A stretch of 64,000 nt of DNA from Polyangiaceae bacterium (GTDB taxonomy: Bacteria; Myxococcota_A; Polyangia; Polyangiales; Polyangiaceae), in contig JASGIX010000072.1 of assembly GCA_049840955.1 (NCBI GenBank), positions 68,361 to 132,360 of the forward strand, read 5' to 3'. Below the pieces are notes generated by a model. That model was not told where the DNA came from. It searched no databases and saw only the letters and a program-made list of their open reading frames with translations. Position 1 is the stretch's first letter, and every line of letters begins with the position of its first letter. Positions 19,464-27,271 of this stretch are shown here, piece after piece. The translations under genes and the position numbers were made by a program.

Positions 19464-22450
19464 CACCGCTTGTACGCCTCCACGTTCAGGCTGATGAGCA
19501 CGCCGAAACGCCGATAGGAGCTATAGTCATCGAACCTATTGAACTCGCTGACGCGCTTCATGCGAACGAAGCCCGCGGCTTTGAGGAACATCCCGAGGAT
19601 CTCTTCCGTGAATCCTACGCGATGATGGTCGTAAGCGTCCTCCTGAGCGCCGAACAGATGCATCATCAACGAGAAGCGCTGGTTCTTTGGGACCTCGGGG
19701 TTCACGATGAGTCGGCTCAGGGTCTCGAGGTCGGGCACACTGATGCACAAACGACCGGACGGCGCGAGGACTCGATGGGCTTCGCGCAACGCGCGGGGTA
19801 ATTCATCGCGAAATCCCAGGTGTTCGAAGACGTGGGACGCATAAATCTCCTCGACGCTCCCGTCGGGGAAGCGCGACAAATCGACGCAATTTCCCACGAA
19901 GTCGACGTGGGGGCCCGCTTGAACGTTGAGGATGTGCCATCCCGGTTTGGGTTCTCTGCCACCGATATGTAGCCGTCGGACGGAACCCGCCTCCACCGAC
20001 GTCGCTGGTTGCAGAGGTCGTTCGCCTATCTCTTCCGTGCGTTCCGTATCCATCTTGGTGGATGCGGCATCGGAACCGCCAACGACGCCCGCCACATCGG
20101 CGAGATCCTGAAACTCGGAGAGTGCCTTGGCCTCGGGATTTCGCTCCGAAACCGTGCGTTGCCACATCGTCTCGACGACCTTCTCGAAGTCGCGCGCGAA
20201 TCGCTCGATGTCGAAGGAGGGCGCAGTCGCTCGCGATTCGCACAATCGCTCGCGGATCGAGCAAAGACGCCCCCCATTTCTGGCGAGTTCGACAGCCAGA
20301 TTTTCGTAGGCGGCCAGATCGGGTGTCACGAGCTCCTGCAGCCCCAAACTTCGCAAGAACGTCGTGGCGATCCTCGACGCGAACCGCGAACCTTCCAGCG
20401 TCACGATGGGAACCCCCGCCCAAAGTGCGTCAAGCGCAGTGGTCGAGGCATTCAGCGTGAACGTATCGAGGAAGAGTCCCGCGTGTGCATGTCGAGCCAG
20501 GTGAACGGACTTATCGGCAACGCGCGTCGCAAACACGATACGCTCCGGGGCAACACCGAGCGACGTAGCCCGCGTTCGCAACTGCGCGACCATCTCTCCG
20601 TCGTGTCGCGGATCGGACAGCCAGAGGCAGGACCCCTCCACTCGCGAGAGGATCCGCATCCAACAGTCGAAGGCATGGGCATCGATCTTTTGCGGATTGT
20701 TGAACGCGCAAAAGACGAACCCTTCGGCGGGTAGTCCGAGTTGCTCGCGGCTCGGATACGACTGCGCAATGGGCGCTCGATCCGCGCAGTGATAGACCCG
20801 CGGCATACGTATGATTCGCTCTCGATACCTCGACTCCTCGACCTCGGGCACCACGATCGAATCCGCAATGAGGTAGTCGACACTGCTGAGCCCCAGACCG
20901 CCCGCATGCCCGAGCCAAAAGGCCTGCACGGGAGCGGGCCTAAATGCTAGGATGGGAGGGCTCGTGTTATCCATGTAACCGTCGAGATCGACGAGCACGT
21001 CGATCCGTTGTTCGCGAATCGCCGCCGCGGCGGCACGAGGAGAAAGACGCCCGATGGCGTGCCAGGCGTCGAAACCCGAGCGGTGGCGTTCGACGTATTC
21101 GTTGTGTTCGGCTGCGCTCAGTTGAGTGGAGAAGCCATGTACTTCGAAGCGCGTTCGGTCGAGAGCCGCGAAGAAAGAAAGCGTCACGTGACCCACTGGG
21201 TGATCGCGAAAATTGGGTGAGATGAAACCAATCCGAAGACGTTCGTTCGTTCCCCGAGGTTCGACGGCTAGGGTCGGCAGCGGTCCCTGCTTTCGCGTCA
21301 ACTCGCGAAGCAACCGGTCGATACGCTCCTCGACGGCAGGGAGGAGATCCGACGGCAACGGTCTAAAGATGGAGTTGTAGACGACGTTACCGAGCACGTT
21401 CCAATCCGTGTAGCTTCCGACCTGAGCGCGAAGCGCCGTGACGAGCTGCGAGTCGAGTTTGTCCGCTTCGGAGAAGTCGCAAGTCTTCTCCGCTTCCATC
21501 AGACAACAAACGAGCGCTCCGACGTGATCGGGCGCGAGCGCGATGACCTGCCGTAGGCAGCGCAGGGACTCGGTGCGATCGATGCGCGTCAGTGCGCTCC
21601 CCAGATTGAACCACGCCTTCACGTACTTCGGATCGAGCTCGGTGGCTCGCTCGAAGTGCGGGACGCTCGCTTGAGGCCCCTCGAGATCACGAAGCATGTT
21701 CCCTAGATTGAGATGACTGGGAGCCTGATTTGGCGCGGCTCGCACGGCTCGTTCGAAGTAACTCTTGGCCTCGAGCTTCTTACCTGCATCCGAGAAGATG
21801 CAGCCCAGATTGTTGAGCGCCTCGGCATGTCCCGGCTCGACTTCGATCGCGCGAAGAAGGTATTGCGTCGCCCCCACGTGATCGCCACGCTTCATGAGCA
21901 GCCGAGCCGTCGCGGCGAGGGCGCCCACGTGATTCGGGGTGCGCTCGAGCTGCGTGCGGAGTTCCCGAAGCGCTTCGTCCACGTCACCCAGGGTGACGAG
22001 CACTCCGGCGAGGGACAAGCGAGCCTCGACGTAGTCCGGTTTTAGCTGCAGGGCAACGAGGAATTCGCGCTTGGCATCTTCGAGACGACCGCCATCGAGG
22101 AGTGCGTTGCCCAGATTATGGTGGGTCGAAGCAACCTTCGGATCTACGCGCAGGGACCGCTGGTAGTAGGCGATGGCTTCCTTCGTGCGCTTCTTCCGAC
22201 GTGCCAAGACGCCTAGATTCGAAAGCGCTGGCGCATGATTCGGATTCTGCGCAATTACGTTTCGATACAGCAATTCGGCGTCGTCGAAACTCCCCGCTTG
22301 ATGTTGGCGCAAGGCCGCTTTGAACAGTCCACTTGCGACTTCGACATTGGGTTGGGCCGGTGCGGCACCCGGCGTGGTGGCTCTGCGCTTCGACATGTCG
22401 CGTAACTCCCTGGGATCGGGACGCAATACGGCCCCCGTCTCGAGGGACAT
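19463..22450 (-). CDS. Tri-domain protein: N-terminal TPR array, GT41 (SPINDLY-like) glycosyltransferase, C-terminal class I SAM methyltransferase
   Basis: About 9 TPR units (NHAPALSNLGVLARRKKRTKEAIAYYQRSLRVDP...). GT41 core (LRIGFISPNFRDHPVGHVTLSFF...VDLDGYMDNTSPPILAFRPAPVQAFWLGHAGGLG...DTFTLNASTTALDALWAGVPIVTL). The C-terminal 200 aa carry ...RLHIGGREPKPGWHILNV...IYASHVFEHL...VLAPSGRLCISVPD. Candidate starts are at 22450 and 22396 (the latter has a GGGAG RBS). The track ORF extends to 22522. Confidence 0.8.
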   Translation of the reverse strand: MSLETGAVLRPDPRELRDMSKRRATTPGAAPAQPNVEVASGLFKAALRQHQAGSFDDAELLYRNVIAQNPNHAPALSNLGVLARRKKRTKEAIAYYQRSLRVDPKVASTHHNLGNALLDGGRLEDAKREFLVALQLKPDYVEARLSLAGVLVTLGDVDEALRELRTQLERTPNHVGALAATARLLMKRGDHVGATQYLLRAIEVEPGHAEALNNLGCIFSDAGKKLEAKSYFERAVRAAPNQAPSHLNLGNMLRDLEGPQASVPHFERATELDPKYVKAWFNLGSALTRIDRTESLRCLRQVIALAPDHVGALVCCLMEAEKTCDFSEADKLDSQLVTALRAQVGSYTDWNVLGNVVYNSIFRPLPSDLLPAVEERIDRLLRELTRKQGPLPTLAVEPRGTNERLRIGFISPNFRDHPVGHVTLSFFAALDRTRFEVHGFSTQLSAAEHNEYVERHRSGFDAWHAIGRLSPRAAAAAIREQRIDVLVDLDGYMDNTSPPILAFRPAPVQAFWLGHAGGLGLSSVDYLIADSIVVPEVEESRYRERIIRMPRVYHCADRAPIAQSYPSREQLGLPAEGFVFCAFNNPQKIDAHAFDCWMRILSRVEGSCLWLSDPRHDGEMVAQLRTRATSLGVAPERIVFATRVADKSVHLARHAHAGLFLDTFTLNASTTALDALWAGVPIVTLEGSRFASRIATTFLRSLGLQELVTPDLAAYENLAVELARNGGRLCSIRERLCESRATAPSFDIERFARDFEKVVETMWQRTVSERNPEAKALSEFQDLADVAGVVGGSDAASTKMDTERTEEIGERPLQPATSVEAGSVRRLHIGGREPKPGWHILNVQAGPHVDFVGNCVDLSRFPDGSVEEIYASHVFEHLGFRDELPRALREAHRVLAPSGRLCISVPDLETLSRLIVNPEVPKNQRFSLMMHLFGAQEDAYDHHRVGFTEEILGMFLKAAGFVRMKRVSEFNRFDDYSSYRRFGVLISLNVEAYKR

Positions 22451-22811
22451 AACGACGTCAATCCTTTGACGCTCCGGGAACGCTGAACCTTCGACGACGA
22501 TTATCCCTCCGAGCTGCCCCACACACCGCCGCCCCCATCGCGGCCGGTTCAGCCCCGATCGAAGCGCCTCGATCAGCCGTTTGTCGTCCTAAGTTACCGA
22601 CTCTTCGTCGGTTCGCGGGAACGAAGCGGTGCCGAACGAATCCCCCTCGGTGCGAAGCCGCCCCCACCATGACACGTCGCCCCGTCCCCAACCTCGGGCG
22701 GCGACGGGTCCTTTCGTGCTCCGCGAGAGGCGCTCGGCGAGTCCCTGCGGCGTCCGAAACCACGCGCGAGCCCGTTGGCTCGCTCCGCAACCGCAACTCG
22801 TCCGACTCTGG

Positions 22812-22875
22812 CGTTGCACCGAATTCGCCGCCGAAGTCCCTTGGCGTTCCGAATTCGCCGCCGAAGTCCCTCATC
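22812..22875. repeat. 30-bp direct repeat, 2 copies (core CCGAATTCGCCGCCGAAGTCCCT)
   Basis: Read directly; the GAATTC sites are at 22821 and 22851. It is intergenic, between the deacetylase gene and the TPR-GT41-MT gene. Confidence 0.8.
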
Positions 22876-22928
22876 GCTTCGTCGCGTAAGCTCGGCATTC
22901 CAGCCGAAACGAGGAAGCAGCCGACGAT

Positions 22929-23726
22929 CTACGTCGAATCGGCGTCATCGAGCAGCCCTGCCAGGGTAACGCTGCGCAGCCCCTTGCGTTCGAGGTCCGC
23001 CAAAATGGCAGGAAGCGCCAGCACCCCGGCCGGCGTCCCTGGCTCCCTCTCGAAGGAATCGTGCAAGGCAACGATGGCGCCGTCGCGTAGTAGCGACAGC
23101 ACACGACGTTCGACCCGTGACGTCGCCACGCCGGGCAGGCCATCCAGGCCTCGGATGGACCAACACGTGAGCACGAGGCCCAGCTCCTTGGCGACACTGG
23201 CAAGTCGTGGAGTCACGTGGCCAATCGGCGGCCGAAACCAGCGCAGTGGTTTCACGGCATACGGCGCGAGCACCGCCTGCGCTCGGGCGATGTCGGCTCG
23301 GATGTATTTTGCGCTGCGAAACGCCGTCACGCGAGAGTGTTGGTAGCCGTGGATGCCGAGTTCGTGACCTTCCGCGATGATTCGTTCGATGAGGCTCGGG
23401 TGAGCCTGTGCTTTGCGACCAATGACGAAAAACGTGGCTTTGGCGCCGTGTTTCGCCAGTGTGTCGAGCACGAAGGGAGTCGAACTCGGATTGGGACCAT
23501 CGTCGAAGGTCAAGGCAACGAGCTTCCGTCCCGGCTCCGCTGCTTCGATGACGTCCGCGAACATCCCCCAGCGCGGAAACACGTACCCCGCGACGACCAA
23601 GGAAACGTAACCGCCGAGAGCCGGAGCAGCAACGAAGAGCGGAACGGGCCCGAGCAAAAAGGAGCGAACGAACAGGGCCAAGGCCCCGCTCGTTGCTACC
23701 CAAAAGAGGATTCTCGCAGCGGGCAT
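22929..23726 (-). CDS. Polysaccharide deacetylase (NodB homology domain) with an N-terminal TM anchor
   Basis: The ATG at 23726 gives MPAARILFWVATSGALALFV. NodB motifs: LTFDDGPNPSSTPFVLDTLAKHGAKATFFVIG and GHELGIHGYQHS. Confidence 0.85.
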   Translation of the reverse strand: MPAARILFWVATSGALALFVRSFLLGPVPLFVAAPALGGYVSLVVAGYVFPRWGMFADVIEAAEPGRKLVALTFDDGPNPSSTPFVLDTLAKHGAKATFFVIGRKAQAHPSLIERIIAEGHELGIHGYQHSRVTAFRSAKYIRADIARAQAVLAPYAVKPLRWFRPPIGHVTPRLASVAKELGLVLTCWSIRGLDGLPGVATSRVERRVLSLLRDGAIVALHDSFEREPGTPAGVLALPAILADLERKGLRSVTLAGLLDDADST

Positions 23727-24039
23727 CGAATTCGTGCTCGCATCTTGGCAAAGTCGGTCCCGTCGACAACCCAATTCGGTAAAATCCCCAAGGAAGCTGC
23801 CCCGGTCGATGGTGTTCGGCGCCCGCGTGACTCCCCTCGAGCATCGGGTCCGACTACGTTGCCAAGCAATGAGCCCGACACGTTCCGAGGGACTCGAAAG
23901 TACCCGCACGGTCCAAAGGACGAAGAACCTTCGTCCGCACAGGTGAACTCGACCAAGAACTCTTCGAAGCACACCGCTCTAGCCAGAGAGATGACGAGAG
24001 GCTAGGGTGGGCGCCTCCATTCAACCTCGTGAGTCGAAA

Positions 24040-24849
24040 ATGACCGTTCAAAATATCGTTGTTGCAGGCAAGAGCGGCGCAGGAAAGCAGCCTCGAATCG
24101 ACGTCCTCGTGCAGACCTACGGGCTCGCGCAATTGTCGACGGGCAACATCTTCCGCGAATACCTCGGCCAGTTCGGTAAGATCCGCGATGCCGTATCCGT
24201 CGAGGGCCTCTTTGTCGAAGACGAATTCGTCGACGACGCGGTCATCCGAGAACGCTTGGCGGACGCGGCGCAAGCCAAAGGCGTCAGCGTCGAGGGCGCA
24301 ATACTTGGCTTCAAAGCAGCACAGTACGTCGACCGCGGGCGTTTCGTACCCGATTCCATCACGAACGCGCTGTTTGCGGCTGCGTTTCGCGCGGCCAACG
24401 GCAAGGGGCTCATCCTCGACGGCTATCCTCGAACCCCGGAGCAGAGCGACTTCTTGCTAGGTCTGCTCAAAGAAAGTCACACCAAGCTCGATCTGGTGCT
24501 CGTCGTCGACAACGAAGACGAGGCCATCGTCTCACGCACGATCGGCAGAAGGATTTGCCCCAGCAAGACCTGTGGTAAGGTCTTCCATCTCGAGTTCAAG
24601 CCACCGACAGCCGACGGCAAGTGCACGGCATGCGGTACCCCGGTCGTCCACCGCAGCGACGACACGGAAGAGAAGATCCGAACTCGCTTGGCAGAGTTTC
24701 AAACCAAAGCACTTCCCGCGATCCAGCGCCTGACGCAAGCCGGGATCCCGAGTGCGACGGTCCCTGGCAATCTGCCCGTGTTCACGGACGAAGCCGTGCG
24801 AGCAAGCGTGCTCTCCGTCGTCGAGCCTCTGCTCGGCGGCGCGGCGTAA
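24040..24849 (+). CDS. adk: Adenylate kinase family protein (divergent long paralog with a zinc-ribbon LID)
   Basis: MTVQNIVVAGKSGAGKQPRIDVLVQTYGLAQLSTGNIFRE (P-loop and NMP site). LILDGYPRTPEQSDFL. LID segment RRICPSKTCGKVFHLEFKPPTADGKCTACGTPVVHRSDDTEEKIRTRLAEF with CxxC...CxxC. Confidence 0.75.
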   Translation: MTVQNIVVAGKSGAGKQPRIDVLVQTYGLAQLSTGNIFREYLGQFGKIRDAVSVEGLFVEDEFVDDAVIRERLADAAQAKGVSVEGAILGFKAAQYVDRGRFVPDSITNALFAAAFRAANGKGLILDGYPRTPEQSDFLLGLLKESHTKLDLVLVVDNEDEAIVSRTIGRRICPSKTCGKVFHLEFKPPTADGKCTACGTPVVHRSDDTEEKIRTRLAEFQTKALPAIQRLTQAGIPSATVPGNLPVFTDEAVRASVLSVVEPLLGGAA

Positions 24850-24863
24850 CGACGCCTTTCAGC

Positions 24864-24899
24864 GAGCCCCCACACGTTGAACGAGTCGGGGGCTCGTTC
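24864..24899. terminator. Hairpin between the convergent adk-like and response-regulator genes (possible terminator)
   Basis: GAGCCCCC (24864-24871) pairs with GGGGGCTC (24888-24895). An alternative 7-bp stem is GAACGAG/CTCGTTC, followed by ATTTC. The U-tract is weak. Confidence 0.4.
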
Positions 24900-24913
24900 A
24901 TTTCACACGACAC

Positions 24914-26125
24914 TCATTGTCCCAAATTCCCGAGAGCGCGCAGACGTTCCTTCGCCTCGGCAGGCGGAAGAAATAGCTGGAGGGTTCGTTCGAGCCCTTC
25001 GACCACTCTCGGCACGTCCTTGAGCTCGAGCGCCCGAGGATCGAGATCCAGGCGTCGGCAGACGCTCTCGACGGTCGAGCGCGCCAAAAGCTCGGACAAG
25101 CCCGTCCCTTGAACGATGAAGGAGAACAACTCCATGCCTTGAAGGGCGCGACTCACGACGGCGGGAGCCGCCGCTATCATACGTCCCGATGAGGCCGGCG
25201 CACGGCCCTCGGCCGAGGGAAGATTGACGGCGGAGAGCGGCCCAGAAATGGTACGGCGTCCCTCCATCGGGGTCGATCGCGTCCCTTGGGAACTAGCGGG
25301 TGGTGCCGAGGGCTCGAGATGGGCAGCCGCAAGGCGACCCGAGGACACCGTCCGACCCGACGAGCGCACGAGCAGCACCCTCACTTTGCTCCGAATGGCC
25401 TCGAGATCACGAGACTTCACCGCGAAGTCGTCTGCGTGCGCCGCTGCGGCTTCGGCGCGCACCGCGGACTTTTCGCGTCCGGTGAGGACGAGGACCAACA
25501 GCCCCGAGGTTCTGGCGGACGTCTTGATGCGACGACAGACCTCCACGCCGTTGATGTCCGGAAGAAACACGTCCAAAACGACGAGGTCCGCGCGATGACG
25601 GTCGAGATAGAGCAATGCGTCGTTGCCATTTTCCGCGAGCGCGACGTCGTGTCCATCCTTCTGCAGCTCGTCGAGCAAGGCGTTGCCATAGGTCGGACTG
25701 TCGTCGACGACGAGAATCCGTCGAGCAAAACCCTGCGGCGCTACCGACGGCAAGTGATCTCGATGATTGATCAAACTCCGCACGCGCGCCACGAGGTGAT
25801 CGGGATCGATGGGCCAAGCGATGTAGTCGTTCGCTCCCGAGGTCAGCGCGGAAAGACGATCGTGAACGGCCGTGCCCTGGGACAAGACCAAGATGGGCAA
25901 CGTCATCCCGAAGTCTTGAGCCCGTAGCCACTGAAGGAGGTCGACGTCGATGCTTTCACTGAAGGAGTTGGACAGAACGGCCAGCTCCGGCGTCGTATTC
26001 CCGAGCGCCGTCCGGGCTTCCGATGAAGAGCTCGCTTCGATGACGCGATAGCCCGACAATCGCAGCGCATCTTGGAGTTTCGTGCGTTCGGCTTCGCTCT
26101 TCTCGACCAGCAAAATGGTGCGCAT
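24914..26125 (-). CDS. Response regulator with two receiver domains and an uncharacterised C-terminal domain of about 130 aa
   Basis: REC1: MRTILLVEKSEAERTKLQDALRLSGYRVIEA...LPILVLS. REC2: RRILVVDDSPTYGNALLDELQKDGHDVALAENGNDALLYLDRHRADLVVLDVFLPDINGVEVCRRIK...LVLVLTG. The start shares one base with the cheB stop (TGATG). Confidence 0.8.
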   Translation of the reverse strand: MRTILLVEKSEAERTKLQDALRLSGYRVIEASSSSEARTALGNTTPELAVLSNSFSESIDVDLLQWLRAQDFGMTLPILVLSQGTAVHDRLSALTSGANDYIAWPIDPDHLVARVRSLINHRDHLPSVAPQGFARRILVVDDSPTYGNALLDELQKDGHDVALAENGNDALLYLDRHRADLVVLDVFLPDINGVEVCRRIKTSARTSGLLVLVLTGREKSAVRAEAAAAHADDFAVKSRDLEAIRSKVRVLLVRSSGRTVSSGRLAAAHLEPSAPPASSQGTRSTPMEGRRTISGPLSAVNLPSAEGRAPASSGRMIAAAPAVVSRALQGMELFSFIVQGTGLSELLARSTVESVCRRLDLDPRALELKDVPRVVEGLERTLQLFLPPAEAKERLRALGNLGQ

Positions 26126-27271
26126 CAGCCCGTGCTCCTTTCCACGTCCGCACCTGAAAAATCAACCAGCCGTGCCGCAATCCGAGGCAACGGAAGAACG
26201 AACTCGGCCGCGCCGATTCGAGACGCTTCGTAGGGCATTCCGAAAACGGCGCTCGTCGCCTCGTCTTGGGCAAAGGTAATTGCCTTGGCCTGACGCAGCG
26301 CCAAAAGTCCAAGGGCACCATCTCGCCCCATCCCGGTCAATAGGCCACCGATCGTCCTCGCTCCGAACTCCTCCGCCACGGACTCGAAGAAAACGTCGAT
26401 TCGAAGGGCGACAGGAGTGTCGTTCGGGCCCATGCATCAACCGCAGTCGCCCACCCTCGAGCACGAGGTGGTGCTCGGGCGGAGCCACGAGAATGGGCGC
26501 GATGCGCCCTGGGTGCGGCAAGGGCTCACGATCGGCCGCTAGCCGTACGGACCTTCGCGTGTGTCGACCGAGCCACTCTGCCAGCGCAGATGCGAAAAGC
26601 GGGGTCATGTGCATGACGAGCACGATGGGTAATCGAAAGTCGATGGGCAGCTCGGAAAGGACCTGCGCGACTGCTGCAGGTCCTCCAGTGGAGGCACCGA
26701 GCACGACGAGACTCCTCGTGCCGTACGCTCCACTCTGTTCCGTCAGATCCGGGCTGGAAGCTTCCCTGGGCCTCTCCATGGACTTCACCGAATTCGGAAT
26801 CGCGTTGGCTCGAGACGATATGCCTGAAGCGGGTGCAGAGTCGTGAACATCGCGCGACCACACGCGCGTCACCACCCGAATCCTCGCCACCAGACGCAGC
26901 GCGGACTTGAGCTCGGCGACCCAATTTGCATTACACGCCATTCGCGACTTGTCGAATACTTCGACAGCTCCGGCCTGCAAGGCCTCGAGGGTGTCGAAGG
27001 CTTCGCCGCGATTCGCGGAGGACGACACGATCAATATCGGGGTGGCGCAATTGGCCATGACGTGACGGGTCACGTCGAGACCGTTCTGTCCCGAAAGGAC
27101 CATGTTGAGGGACATGACGTCCGGACGAAGACGTTCACACAGCTCCATGGCGGTACGACCGTCACTCGCGTGTCCCACCACTTCGAACCCCGGATCCCCG
27201 GATAGGACCTCCAACAGCCGTTCGAGCACGGTTCGCGAGTCTTCCACGACGAGGATCCGGATTGGTTTCAT
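26125..27271 (-). CDS. cheB: Chemotaxis protein-glutamate methylesterase CheB (REC plus methylesterase), frameshifted as assembled near 26400
   Basis: MKPIRILVVEDSRTVLERLLEVL...DVMSLNMVLSGQNGLDV (REC). LVVLGASTGGPAAVAQVLSELP (active-site Ser region). After a 1-nt shift (TCGAATCGAC where TCGATCGAC would restore the frame) it reads IDVFFESVAEEFGARTIGGLLTGMGRDGALGLLALRQ...QDEATSAVFGMP. Confidence 0.8.

Noticed and set aside
22458-22898. 146-aa minus-strand ORF containing a duplicated RDFGGEFG peptide
   Set aside because: The duplication is just the 30-bp DNA repeat. The rest is Arg/Gly/Ala-rich with no motifs, and it overlaps the 5' end of the TPR-GT41-MT gene.
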